Sequence record: PV357172.2
DNA: 64,000 nucleotides
DNA from: a phage
Direction: 5' to 3' (one strand)
Of the stretch, positions 46,568-55,182 are shown piece by piece. Under the pieces are notes generated by a model that had not been told where the DNA came from, did not search any database, and saw only the letters and a program-made list of their open reading frames with translations. Made by a program: the position numbers and the translations under genes. Each line of letters opens with the position of its first letter. Within the stretch, counting starts at the first letter, position 1.

Positions 46568-46861
46568 ATGAAACGTTATCTTTCTGTCGTGTTCCAAACT
46601 GGTGGTCAACGCTACACTTATGAATTTCCTGAGTCCTGGAAAATTAAAGAAGGTGATCAAGTTGTTGTATTAACACCTCGTGAAGGCTTCAAAGTAGTAA
46701 CGGTTAAACAAGTATTTCCAAAAGATCACGAACCATCTAAGGCTATTCAGTACAAGATGATTCATGGTCTGGTACGAAAAGTACCTAGAACAGAAGTCGA
46801 AGTAGATAAAACTGGGGAAGCTAAATACCAGTATACCTCTTACTTAGATGAAATGATGTAA
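46568..46861 (+). CDS. hypothetical protein (97 aa)
   Basis: ORF track; promoter module and GAGAGGGAAACC RBS upstream. Confidence 0.5.
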   Translation: MKRYLSVVFQTGGQRYTYEFPESWKIKEGDQVVVLTPREGFKVVTVKQVFPKDHEPSKAIQYKMIHGLVRKVPRTEVEVDKTGEAKYQYTSYLDEMM

Positions 46862-46862
46862 T

Positions 46863-46935
46863 GCTCTGATAGTTCAACAGGTTAGAACAGACGACCGATA
46901 ATCGTCAAATCTTGGTTCGATCCCAAGTCGGAGTA
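46863..46935 (+). tRNA. tRNA-Ile (anticodon GAT)
   Basis: Acceptor GCTCTGA/TCGGAGT, D-stem GTTC/GAAC, anticodon arm GACGA-CCGATAA-TCGTC, T-arm CTTGG-TTCGATC-CCAAG, CCA. Confidence 0.7.
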
Positions 46936-46944
46936 CCAAATTAT

Positions 46945-47017
46945 AGTTAGTTGGCAGAGTGGTTATGCACCTCCTTCATACGGAGCGACTACAGTGGTTC
47001 AAATCCACTACTAACTA
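46945..47017 (+). tRNA. tRNA with CAT anticodon (Met or Ile2)
   Basis: Perfect acceptor AGTTAGT/ACTAACT, anticodon loop TTCATAC, T-arm AGTGG-TTCAAAT-CCACT, CCA. Confidence 0.6.
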
Positions 47018-47023
47018 CCAAAC

Positions 47024-47062
47024 AGAGGATCTGGTCATTGTACCAGATCTCTGTGTTTATTA
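47024..47062 (+). terminator. rho-independent terminator closing the tRNA cluster
   Basis: Hairpin GATCTGGT-CATTGT-ACCAGATC followed by TCTGTGTTTATT. Confidence 0.55.
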
Positions 47063-47203
47063 AACTGAATGGGACTATCAATCCACAAGCCGGACTACGA
47101 GCGATTATCGGGTATTCACTTAATAAACAGCCTGCCCCCCAGTTTTTATCTTGCTTCTGGGTTAACAAAAAGCTGAGCCAAATTCTAATATCAGGGAGAT
47201 CTA

Positions 47204-47572
47204 ATGAAAGCATATCAAAATCTTAAATCCGGCGTAATTAACCTTGTTCATGAAAATCAGATCATTCAGCTATACTCTAAAGACGGTGAACTTAAACAGA
47301 AAGTTCTAGTTGAAGATCTAGAAGGTATCACACCTCACTTTGACCCTGAAGCCTTTCGCATTGTAGATGTGGAAGTGGTTCCCCAAGTCGAGGGTGGTCA
47401 GCACCTAAATGTCAATGTGTTAAGCCGTGATCAGCTTTTAGATGCACAGAAACATCCTGAAAAATATCCTCAGTTGACCATCCGTGTCTCTGGCTATGCT
47501 GTTCGATTTAACGCATTGACGCGTGAACAACAGAACGACGTTATTAGTCGTACATTTACTCAGGCGATATAA
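47204..47572 (+). CDS. autonomous glycyl radical cofactor (GrcA/YfiD-like)
   Basis: C-terminal glycyl radical signature [29 protein letters not shown]; size 122 aa. Confidence 0.65.
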   Translation: MKAYQNLKSGVINLVHENQIIQLYSKDGELKQKVLVEDLEGITPHFDPEAFRIVDVEVVPQVEGGQHLNVNVLSRDQLLDAQKHPEKYPQLTIRVSGYAVRFNALTREQQNDVISRTFTQAI

Positions 47573-47653
47573 TGGGGTTTGGATACGATTTCTCCCAGCT
47601 ACGCAAGGTAGTCGAGCAAACTCCGTTTATCTCCCAAGTTTTAGGAGAAATGT

Positions 47654-47968
47654 GTGGATCGAGCATTAAGACGCCATCACCGGCAACGTGTGAAGAACAA
47701 CCGCAAGAAGTATTGGACAGTCTTTCCACATGAAGAAAGCCCTAAGCGATTAGGTATTATCACTACTACTCCTTGCATCTGTTCTTGCTGGATGTGTGGG
47801 AACCCTCGCAAATATTATAAGAATAGTAAAGCAGGTATGAAAACCTCGGAGATCAGGAAAATGGGAGCAATGATTATGGGCATCTCAAATGATGAATTTG
47901 ATGGCTTTGTAGGATTCGGAGAAGGAACTAGCTCAGGCTGTTTCGAATATGAACTCCCCGATCTGTGA
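47654..47968 (+). CDS. Cys-rich hypothetical protein (104 aa)
   Basis: ORF track (GTG start); my reading differs from the track by 2 nt here, so boundaries follow the track. Confidence 0.4.
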   Translation: MDRALRRHHRQRVKNNRKKYWTVFPHEESPKRLGIITTTPCICSCWMCGNPRKYYKNSKAGMKTSEIRKMGAMIMGISNDEFDGFVGFGEGTSSGCFEYELPDL

Positions 47969-48089
47969 TTAACAACAAACCCCAGCTATGGAATAAGTAG
48001 TCTGGGGTTTTTCTATATACAGGTAAATAATTTATGTATAATAAAATTCACCCACATTAGGTTAATTCAAAAGACTTAATGGAGGTAAT

Positions 48090-48437
48090 ATGAGCCGTAC
48101 TTATCGTAGACAAACTGGTGATCAGTGGTGGAAGTCTAAAGCTAATTACACCCAGGGGTATACTTTCCTCAAAGCAAGTGGCTACTGGATTCGTGTTATT
48201 TATGCTAAATCCTGGGATGATGTAGAACAGGAAATGAAGGAAGCAACTGTTCGTAATGAGAAAAAGGATGGTTATAACTGGAATTCTATTAGTAAGAATG
48301 TTAAGTGGCATTCTAATAAAATGGTTCGTCAAGGGAATCGTCAAGAACTCCACCGCGTGATGAAAGATCCAGAAAATTATGATTATAATCGCGATCATGA
48401 CATGCGTAAGCGTGGATTATGGTGGTGCTATGACTAA
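48090..48437 (+). CDS. hypothetical protein (115 aa)
   Basis: ATG at 48090 after GGAGGTAAT. Confidence 0.5.
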   Translation: MSRTYRRQTGDQWWKSKANYTQGYTFLKASGYWIRVIYAKSWDDVEQEMKEATVRNEKKDGYNWNSISKNVKWHSNKMVRQGNRQELHRVMKDPENYDYNRDHDMRKRGLWWCYD

Positions 48438-48513
48438 ATTCTGAAATAATTCATTTGCTAAACCTCTCTTTTCTTGCTATAATATATTTATAAATTGATG
48501 AGAGAGGTTTGAA

Positions 48514-48795
48514 ATGAAAACTCGTCTAGACTGTGCTGTTCATGTTCTTGAACATGATGTTGTGGGAACCTGTATGTCTTACCACGAAGCAGGTCGTTTA
48601 ATTAAAGAACGTGTGGCAGATGTGTGCGGATTGAAGATTACTGCTGAGGAAGCTGATGATCTTTTAGGTCAAGCACTAGAGAAAACCGAAATGTTTCTCT
48701 GCGATTCTTGTTCTTGGTGGTGTGAAGCTCACGAACGTTCTTTCAACGATTATGATGTATGTCGTGATTGTAGTGGGGAGGATGAAGATGAATAA
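48514..48795 (+). CDS. Cys-rich small protein with acidic tail (93 aa)
   Basis: Promoter module upstream; CDSCSWWC...CRDC motifs; tail GEDEDE. Confidence 0.5.
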   Translation: MKTRLDCAVHVLEHDVVGTCMSYHEAGRLIKERVADVCGLKITAEEADDLLGQALEKTEMFLCDSCSWWCEAHERSFNDYDVCRDCSGEDEDE

Positions 48796-49087
48796 GTTTA
48801 TTATTGCACTGATGATCTCCGCAGTTAGTTTCGGTTCTCTGGCATCTACCAAAGTTTCTATGAAAAATGGTAATGTTAAAGTCCAACAGAACGGCATTAT
48901 TACTGAGTATGGTAAAGTTCGTGATGTTAAGGAACGTAACGGCAGAGTAGAAATATATACTAATAAAAACTTCTCTACTCCGGCTGTTACTGTTAGCAAA
49001 CGTGGTGAGATAACTACTCAACGTACTAATAGCTCTAGTTCTTTTACTTGTCGTTATGATTGCGACTTTGAAGGTGAAGATGAATAA
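48782..49087 (+). CDS. secreted small protein (about 101 aa)
   Basis: ATG after GGGGAGG; signal-peptide-like MKMNKFIIALMISAVSFGSLAS; tail FEGEDE. Confidence 0.45.
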   Translation: MKMNKFIIALMISAVSFGSLASTKVSMKNGNVKVQQNGIITEYGKVRDVKERNGRVEIYTNKNFSTPAVTVSKRGEITTQRTNSSSSFTCRYDCDFEGEDE

Positions 49088-49475
49088 TTTAGATCCTAGA
49101 ATTAAATTTGCAATTACAGAAATCCAAGATCAAATTGATGAGGATTTCACTGTTTGGTCAAGGTCTGGTAATGGAGAATATTGCCAGCTTTATAGCATGA
49201 AAATGGGTATCTCAATTGAGCTTAATATCAACTCTGAAGGTAGAGTAGAAGCCCAACCCATGTTCAGTGTTCCAGGCTTCTCTGGGTTTGTTGCGGGTAT
49301 GAAATTATGCCTACCAAATAACCATCTTCATCGAGTTATTTGTCAGCTAGAGACTATTAAGCATTTCTTGCCAGAAGATAATATTAATGACTACTATCAT
49401 GAAGTTGTAGCAGCTCATATGATGAAAGAATGCAAACGTCGGAGAGAAGAGCGTGAAAAAGCTAAACATCAATAG
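49080..49475 (+). CDS. hypothetical protein (about 131 aa)
   Basis: ATG at 49080 after GAAGGTGAAG; overlaps upstream stop. Confidence 0.45.
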   Translation: MNNLDPRIKFAITEIQDQIDEDFTVWSRSGNGEYCQLYSMKMGISIELNINSEGRVEAQPMFSVPGFSGFVAGMKLCLPNNHLHRVICQLETIKHFLPEDNINDYYHEVVAAHMMKECKRRREEREKAKHQ

Positions 49476-49749
49476 CACAGTGCAGATTCCAGCAACTAAG
49501 GACATCTTAACATTCCTGCGTAGTGAGAATGCACAATTTTGGCATGATCATGTTACAAAGAATGGTAGCACTCCAGATGTAGTTGCCTTTGCTAAAAAAC
49601 GTATCGAGGAGTATAAAGATCCAGAGATTAAAGATGGCATGATTACTATGCAGTTGTGGGTAGCTATGCAAACTTTTGGCCCCACCATGTGTTTAGGAAA
49701 TACTCCATTATTTACAAATATTTTAATTAATGAAAAGGATCTGAAATGA
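49453..49749 (+). CDS. hypothetical protein (98 aa)
   Basis: GTG start after GGAGAGAAGAGC. Confidence 0.4.
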   Translation: MKKLNINSTVQIPATKDILTFLRSENAQFWHDHVTKNGSTPDVVAFAKKRIEEYKDPEIKDGMITMQLWVAMQTFGPTMCLGNTPLFTNILINEKDLK

Positions 49750-50030
49750 TTGTTTCTCCATTTGCTCTTTGGTTCGTCATTGGATCTGTGGTTGCTATTT
49801 ACAGTCTAATAGATGATTTATTCATCTCCAAGAATAAAGATGTAATATTATACGTTATACATAAAACTCGACCGTTAGATCTGCCACCTCTTGATGACAA
49901 AACATTACTCAGATGTGCTAGATCTGTGATATTTATTGTGGATATTCTTCTAGGCCCAACATCTGTGTTTTTCTTTTATAGAAAAACTCGTAATATGAAA
50001 AAATTTAAAGCTGAAATGCAGAATACTTAA
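49746..50030 (+). CDS. small membrane protein (94 aa)
   Basis: Hydrophobic N-terminus; ATGA overlap with upstream gene. Confidence 0.45.
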   Translation: MIVSPFALWFVIGSVVAIYSLIDDLFISKNKDVILYVIHKTRPLDLPPLDDKTLLRCARSVIFIVDILLGPTSVFFFYRKTRNMKKFKAEMQNT

Positions 50031-50140
50031 AGAACTCGCGTAGGACCGAGTTGCGTCACCTGCAACTGTTACGGATAAGGGAGTCGTGCCCCTTAGTGCG
50101 GTAAGTGGTGAGGTGGCTGCTAGCCCTAACTGGAGATAAT

Positions 50141-50485
50141 ATGACTATATTACTAATTCTTGTTACAACTTGGTTTTTAATCGGTGCTGGATATGCAATA
50201 GCTATTATTAGACATTTGGATGAACATTCTGCTGAATGGTTTGTTAAATATCTACGCATTGATGATCAAGAACAGAAGTTTAAAGATGAAAAGCAGAAAA
50301 AAGCAGTAAATAATATGACAGCCAAAGAATGCTTGTTCTACATGCGTATTGTAGGGTTCTTTGGACTATTAGTTGCTGGCCCAATTGGTTCTACCATTGC
50401 TCCATATAAAGAAACAGTTGCTGACATCAAGTTGTGGAGAAATGCAGGGGTACTACGCAAAGCTAGAGAAACTAATATTACATAA
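50141..50485 (+). CDS. small membrane protein (about 114 aa)
   Basis: ATG at 50141 after CTGGAGATAAT; predicted TM helices. Confidence 0.45.
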   Translation: MTILLILVTTWFLIGAGYAIAIIRHLDEHSAEWFVKYLRIDDQEQKFKDEKQKKAVNNMTAKECLFYMRIVGFFGLLVAGPIGSTIAPYKETVADIKLWRNAGVLRKARETNIT

Positions 50486-50527
50486 GATTGACACTAAGTC
50501 AGCTTACTAGCAAAAGCAAATAATGAC

Positions 50528-50570
50528 AAAGCCCAGCCTGCACTTTTGCGACTGGGCTATTTTTATAATA
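50528..50570 (+). terminator. rho-independent terminator
   Basis: Hairpin GCCCAGCC...GACTGGGC followed by TATTTTTA. Confidence 0.45.
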
Positions 50571-50639
50571 AAATTTTAGTTGCTTAGATGCCCAAACTTT
50601 TGTATAATATGTTTATAGATTGAGGCAAGAGGATTAAAT

Positions 50640-51338
50640 ATGAGGATTATTTCTAAGTTCGCCGATGTGTATGATTTGCAGAACAGTTTGTTCGACCCAG
50701 ATCGTGTGTGGGAACGTAAAACTGAGGAGTTGCTGGTTAAAGTAACCGATGATGCAGAAAAGAATATTGTGCATACTCGCCAGGTATTTCGTGATGGTTC
50801 GCTATCTTTCCGTGGTGATTTCGAATACTTCGTAAACCCCCTATTTGTTGCAGGTGAAGTTTACTGGTTACATGAGCTGTACTGCTGGCATCCAGCATTT
50901 AGCTTCAAAACGTTCGACCTCGACACTATGTTCGATAAAATGGAAGAGATGGGATTGCATGCTCGCTCTTACTTAATGGATAAGAGTCGTGGAGATGTTC
51001 GTGAAACAATGCGTGATCTGCTCGCTGAAGCAAAACCTAAAGCAGAACGTATCTTATCCGAACTGCGTGTACCGATTGCATATGTGAAAGGTATTAAAAA
51101 GAACGATAACGATGATGTTCGTAACTTCGTAATTCAGACTAACATTCGTTTCCATCAGTCCGGTATTCCGTGGCAGGAAATTGAAAGTAACTTATACCGT
51201 TTACACCAAGTTCTCGAACAGTATATCTTCGGTGTACTAGGAACTGGTGAGCCTGATATGATTAAAGTATCAGATAAAGACAGGTTAGCAGCGCATGGAT
51301 TTGATACAAAAACTTCTTTCAGGAATATGGCACGGTAA
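50640..51338 (+). CDS. hypothetical protein (232 aa)
   Basis: Promoter module and GAGGATTAAAT leader upstream. Confidence 0.5.
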   Translation: MRIISKFADVYDLQNSLFDPDRVWERKTEELLVKVTDDAEKNIVHTRQVFRDGSLSFRGDFEYFVNPLFVAGEVYWLHELYCWHPAFSFKTFDLDTMFDKMEEMGLHARSYLMDKSRGDVRETMRDLLAEAKPKAERILSELRVPIAYVKGIKKNDNDDVRNFVIQTNIRFHQSGIPWQEIESNLYRLHQVLEQYIFGVLGTGEPDMIKVSDKDRLAAHGFDTKTSFRNMAR

Positions 51339-51744
51339 GTGGTATATCCTGGGAGCAGGTCTAGCGATAGGCATCGGGTTCGGTGCTTATCACTTAGTAG
51401 ATAAAGTGGAGACTTTAGCAGGAGATCTTGCGGTAGCTACTAAAAAGATTTCTTCTCTAGAGACTTCCCTCAATAAGGTGAAAGCTGAAAGCGAACTTCG
51501 TGAGACTAGAATGAATCAGTATTTCACAATGAATAATATTTTGCAAGCAGATCTAGACAAAAAGATTAAGCAGTTAGACAAAGCTCTTAGTCGCCAAGAT
51601 ATTATAGCTGCAAAGCCTGGATTGGTAACATTAATTGCTAAAAAGCAGAGTAAAGAGTTCGAGGAAAGATTAGCGTGTTTAACTGGAAACTTGGAATACT
51701 GCTCGCAGCCGCAATCACAATCACAGGCTGTGCAGAAGAAATAA
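51295..51744 (+). CDS. putative i-spanin (inner-membrane spanin component)
   Basis: N-terminal TM WYILGAGLAIGIGFGAYHLV followed by coiled coil; overlaps downstream lipoprotein gene; start uncertain. Confidence 0.45.
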   Translation: MDLIQKLLSGIWHGKWYILGAGLAIGIGFGAYHLVDKVETLAGDLAVATKKISSLETSLNKVKAESELRETRMNQYFTMNNILQADLDKKIKQLDKALSRQDIIAAKPGLVTLIAKKQSKEFEERLACLTGNLEYCSQPQSQSQAVQKK

Positions 51745-52028
51745 AACCAGAGCCATCTCATGAGTTAAAGCAAGCTCATGTAGACTGGCCTAAAGGACTT
51801 CAGCCTTGTAGCTTTGATTTCAAATTCGAAAAGAAATTAGCTACAAATGGCGAAGATGGCGTAGTAGTTGTTGTACCATATAAAGATTGGAATGCAAAAG
51901 CAAAATGTGAGGAAGCAGTTTACTCTTACATTTCACGACTGACTGGTATGGTCTGCTTCTATCGTCAAGATTTACAAGAAAAACGTTGCTTAGTTTACTA
52001 TCCACCCATTACAAATAGGAAAGATTAA
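51675..52028 (+). CDS. putative o-spanin (outer-membrane lipoprotein)
   Basis: Signal peptide with lipobox ITGC (LLAAAITITGCAEE); overlaps 3' end of preceding gene in another frame. Confidence 0.5.
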   Translation: MFNWKLGILLAAAITITGCAEEIKPEPSHELKQAHVDWPKGLQPCSFDFKFEKKLATNGEDGVVVVVPYKDWNAKAKCEEAVYSYISRLTGMVCFYRQDLQEKRCLVYYPPITNRKD

Positions 52029-52699
52029 TGTCAGTATTAGTCGGTTTACATGGTGAAGCTGGTTCGGGAAAAGATACCGTTGCAAAATTAATTATCGATT
52101 GGTGTAATGACACGTATCCAACGTGTTTACCCCGTCGTTACAGTTTTGCTAAGCCCGTTTATGAACTTGCATCCGTAATCCTCGGTGTAACTCCAGAGTT
52201 TCTAGGAGAGCGCAGGGGAAAAGAGATTGATCAATGGTTTACGGTCACACAATCTCAATTGGAGCGAGCCAGAGATGTGTGGTTTAAGTACGGTATCGAT
52301 AAGTTTGAAGACTTCTCGTACGTTTGGCCTATTTTTGAGGAAAAATATCTTAATCCCCAACAACTTATCTCAGAGAGTAAAGAAGACGGACTTTATAGTT
52401 TATTTATTTCTCCGAGAAAAATGTTACAGCTCGTAGGAACAGAGCTAGGAAGGCAGCTGGTGCATGAACGCATTTGGCTCATAATTCTGGAGCAATCCAT
52501 CGCTAAAGACGACCCAGACGTCGCCGTAATAACAGATGTTAGATTCCCCAATGAAGGAAAGCTACTCAGAGAAACAAACCATTTAGATATGGATTCTTTG
52601 ATAGTAAATGTAGTACCGCTGAGCAGAAGTTTACTATTAAATCAGATCATCCATCTGAAAGTGGTATTCCTGCAAATATATTACTCACGAATTAGTTAA
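52028..52699 (+). CDS. deoxynucleoside monophosphate kinase-like P-loop kinase
   Basis: N-terminal P-loop GLHGEAGSGKDTVAKL. Confidence 0.55.
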   Translation: MSVLVGLHGEAGSGKDTVAKLIIDWCNDTYPTCLPRRYSFAKPVYELASVILGVTPEFLGERRGKEIDQWFTVTQSQLERARDVWFKYGIDKFEDFSYVWPIFEEKYLNPQQLISESKEDGLYSLFISPRKMLQLVGTELGRQLVHERIWLIILEQSIAKDDPDVAVITDVRFPNEGKLLRETNHLDMDSLIVNVVPLSRSLLLNQIIHLKVVFLQIYYSRIS

Positions 52700-52790
52700 T
52701 AAATTCGATGGTATCAATAACCTTAAACTAGAAGTTTATAACTTCTGTGACTTAGAGCTAGAACCACTAGTTGGATAATCAAGGATCGCT

Positions 52791-53390
52791 ATGACTAATA
52801 AAAAAGAAGAAAAGACTAACCTGTTTCACTCCATTCGCCAATCTAACGAGTATACCTTTTTCTTTGATGAAGAGTTAGGCCCGCCGGATGAATACCGTGA
52901 TTTATCAATGGTACTTATGCAGGCACATGAGGACGACGAAATTAATCTGATGATTAATGGCCCGGGTGGTTATGTTGATACTGCTGCACAGTTATCTAAC
53001 TTAATTGCTAATTGCCGTGGAACAGTTATAGGACACCTGATTGGTCCTAGTGCTTCTGCTTACTGCACAATTTTCCTATCCTGTCATGGATGGGTAGTAC
53101 ATCCACATGCTACGCTAATGGGACACACGTTCTCTGGCGGATTCTGTGAGAAGGGTCAAGAAATCAAGAAAGCCTATGAATCTTACAACAAGTTCGTAGA
53201 AGATATGATGCTAGATGTCTACTATCCGTTCTTCTCAATAGACGAAATCGACGAGATGGTAAAAGACAACAAAAATATCTATCTAGATAGCAAAGAAATC
53301 CATAAGCGTATTGAAATCTTGGCAAAATATCGATCTGAGCAATATAATAAAGCCCAGTTACCTCAATCAGAGGAGCATAACGAAGAGTAA
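52791..53390 (+). CDS. ClpP-like (S14 family) serine peptidase
   Basis: ClpP-like core INGPGGYVDTA...IGPSASAYCTIF...HPHATLMGH. Confidence 0.45.
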   Translation: MTNKKEEKTNLFHSIRQSNEYTFFFDEELGPPDEYRDLSMVLMQAHEDDEINLMINGPGGYVDTAAQLSNLIANCRGTVIGHLIGPSASAYCTIFLSCHGWVVHPHATLMGHTFSGGFCEKGQEIKKAYESYNKFVEDMMLDVYYPFFSIDEIDEMVKDNKNIYLDSKEIHKRIEILAKYRSEQYNKAQLPQSEEHNEE

Positions 53391-53401
53391 GTAATTTTAA
53401 G

Positions 53402-53436
53402 CCAGGGTTTAACGACCCTGGCTTTTCTTTTATCTA
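53402..53436 (+). terminator. rho-independent terminator
   Basis: Hairpin GCCAGGGTT-TAACGA-CCCTGGC followed by TTTTCTTTT. Confidence 0.6.
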
Positions 53437-53546
53437 AAATTCTTCTTGACAACGACAAAATTTTATGCTCCAGAAGTGATCTTTAAAAACACATTGTAAT
53501 TTTCCTCCAAAATTAGTATAATGGTACTGGTTAGAGGAGGTTACAA

Positions 53547-54203
53547 TTGGAAAAGTTCTTACAATTATTAACGGTACTGCTCCAAGAAGCGAAAGATCCA
53601 GCATCGCTTCTTAAACGTCTGCTAACTATCTTAGTTGCTGTCATTATTTTCTTATTTGTTAGTAATACTAGCGAGGTGATGTCATTCTTAAAGACTTTCT
53701 CCACGTCTGCGGTTCTACAGGATGTTCAAACTCAAAGGATAGATAACTTTCCTAATGTAGCTAGAGAAAAGAGCATGGTACTTTTTTCTCAAACGGGTGC
53801 GGATGCTGTTTTTGTCGTCAAGTATAAACCAGATGCTATTAATGATTATTCTAACATTATTGCATGGGAAAGCAATGCGCAATTAGATAGGGCTGACTTG
53901 GCCGATAAAGCGGTAAATAAAACGTCTGAGCTATATAGACGTCACTTGGAGGGCTTTAACTACGCATCGGATTTAAGTGTAAAAGTAAATAAATACATGG
54001 GGTTAAATATACCTGCGTTTAAGAACGTTACTTTTAATTACATATACACTTGTCCGTATTTCAATCTAAACAATATCTATGCTGGATATATTGGTATTGC
54101 TTGGAAAGATAACCCTGTAGATGCAGCCGATTCTGAGAAATTTAAGGAATATTTAACAAAGCTCTGTTCACCACAACAGAGATCTTTAGGTAGATCAATA
54201 TGA
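53547..54203 (+). CDS. putative T-type holin (single N-terminal TM, large periplasmic domain)
   Basis: 218 aa, one TM (LLTILVAVIIFLFV); TTG start after GAGGAGGT; immediately precedes endolysin with ATGA overlap. Confidence 0.5.
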   Translation: MEKFLQLLTVLLQEAKDPASLLKRLLTILVAVIIFLFVSNTSEVMSFLKTFSTSAVLQDVQTQRIDNFPNVAREKSMVLFSQTGADAVFVVKYKPDAINDYSNIIAWESNAQLDRADLADKAVNKTSELYRRHLEGFNYASDLSVKVNKYMGLNIPAFKNVTFNYIYTCPYFNLNNIYAGYIGIAWKDNPVDAADSEKFKEYLTKLCSPQQRSLGRSI

Positions 54204-54613
54204 GTTTTAAATTTGGTAAAAATAGCGAAAAACAATTAGCTACCGTTAAGCCAGAGCTACAAAAAGTAGCTCGTAGAGCTTTAGAATTATCTCCATATGA
54301 TTTCACGATCGTACAAGGTATTCGTACAGTAGCACAAAGTGCCCAGAATATTGCTAATGGTACTTCATTTTTAAAAGATCCTAGTAAAAGTAAGCATATT
54401 ACTGGGGATGCCCTTGATTTTGCTCCATACATTAATGGCAAAATTGATTGGAATGACTTAGAAGCATTTTGGGCAGTTAAAAAGGCTTTTGAACAGGCCG
54501 GTAAAGAACTAGGCGTTAAACTTCGTTTTGGTGCTGATTGGAATGCTTCGGGAGATTATCACGATGAAATAAAACGTGGTACCTATGATGGCGGTCATGT
54601 CGAACTAGTTTAA
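54200..54613 (+). CDS. endolysin, zinc L-alanyl-D-glutamate peptidase (M15 family)
   Basis: 137 aa; metal-binding motifs SKHITGDALDF and DGGHVE. Confidence 0.7.
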   Translation: MSFKFGKNSEKQLATVKPELQKVARRALELSPYDFTIVQGIRTVAQSAQNIANGTSFLKDPSKSKHITGDALDFAPYINGKIDWNDLEAFWAVKKAFEQAGKELGVKLRFGADWNASGDYHDEIKRGTYDGGHVELV

Positions 54614-54623
54614 TTAATAACTG

Positions 54624-54648
54624 AGGCGGGAATACTCCCGCCTTTTTA
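54624..54648 (+). terminator. rho-independent terminator
   Basis: Hairpin GGCGGGA-ATAC-TCCCGCC followed by TTTTT. Confidence 0.65.
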
Positions 54649-54690
54649 GGCAAAGGGGGCTTTAATAATTTTTAAAGATAGGAGAAAGCC

Positions 54691-55107
54691 ATGTTTGCAG
54701 AACTATTCACTATGATGCTGCTAGGTATCTGGAAAATAAGTCTAGTAGTATTCGTTTTAATGATAGTCTTTACTATCCTTGCATTAACTACCCGAAATAG
54801 CTTATTAATAAAGGTTATTCACGGACTAGAGTATATAATTATGGGTTCATTCGGCGTTTGTAAATGCAATTGCCATAGAGATACGAAATATTGTTGGTTA
54901 TGGATGGAACTAGAGAATCCTATATCCATAGCTTTGGCTGTTTCATTCGGTATGATTCTTATGGCCCTTACTCTAGCATTAATACCTTTGATGTTAGCTG
55001 GGGGAGTTACAGCGTATTTCACCCTTTTCTCCCCGATACTTATGTACTCAATTTACCCAATAACTATGTATCTAGTTAGGAAAAGATTTATACATGCAGT
55101 AGATTAA
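54691..55107 (+). CDS. multi-pass membrane protein (138 aa)
   Basis: ATG after AGGAGAAAGCC; three to four hydrophobic segments. Confidence 0.45.
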   Translation: MFAELFTMMLLGIWKISLVVFVLMIVFTILALTTRNSLLIKVIHGLEYIIMGSFGVCKCNCHRDTKYCWLWMELENPISIALAVSFGMILMALTLALIPLMLAGGVTAYFTLFSPILMYSIYPITMYLVRKRFIHAVD

Positions 55108-55182
55108 GATAAAAAAGTAGTTGACTTTTAGCCCTAGTTATTATATAATATATACATAAATTAGTTAAGAGAGGTATATATT

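Noticed and set aside
46951-47226. 91-aa plus-strand ORF and 74-aa minus-strand ORF over tRNA-Met and the terminator
   Set aside because: They overlap a tRNA and a clear terminator hairpin and have no RBS.
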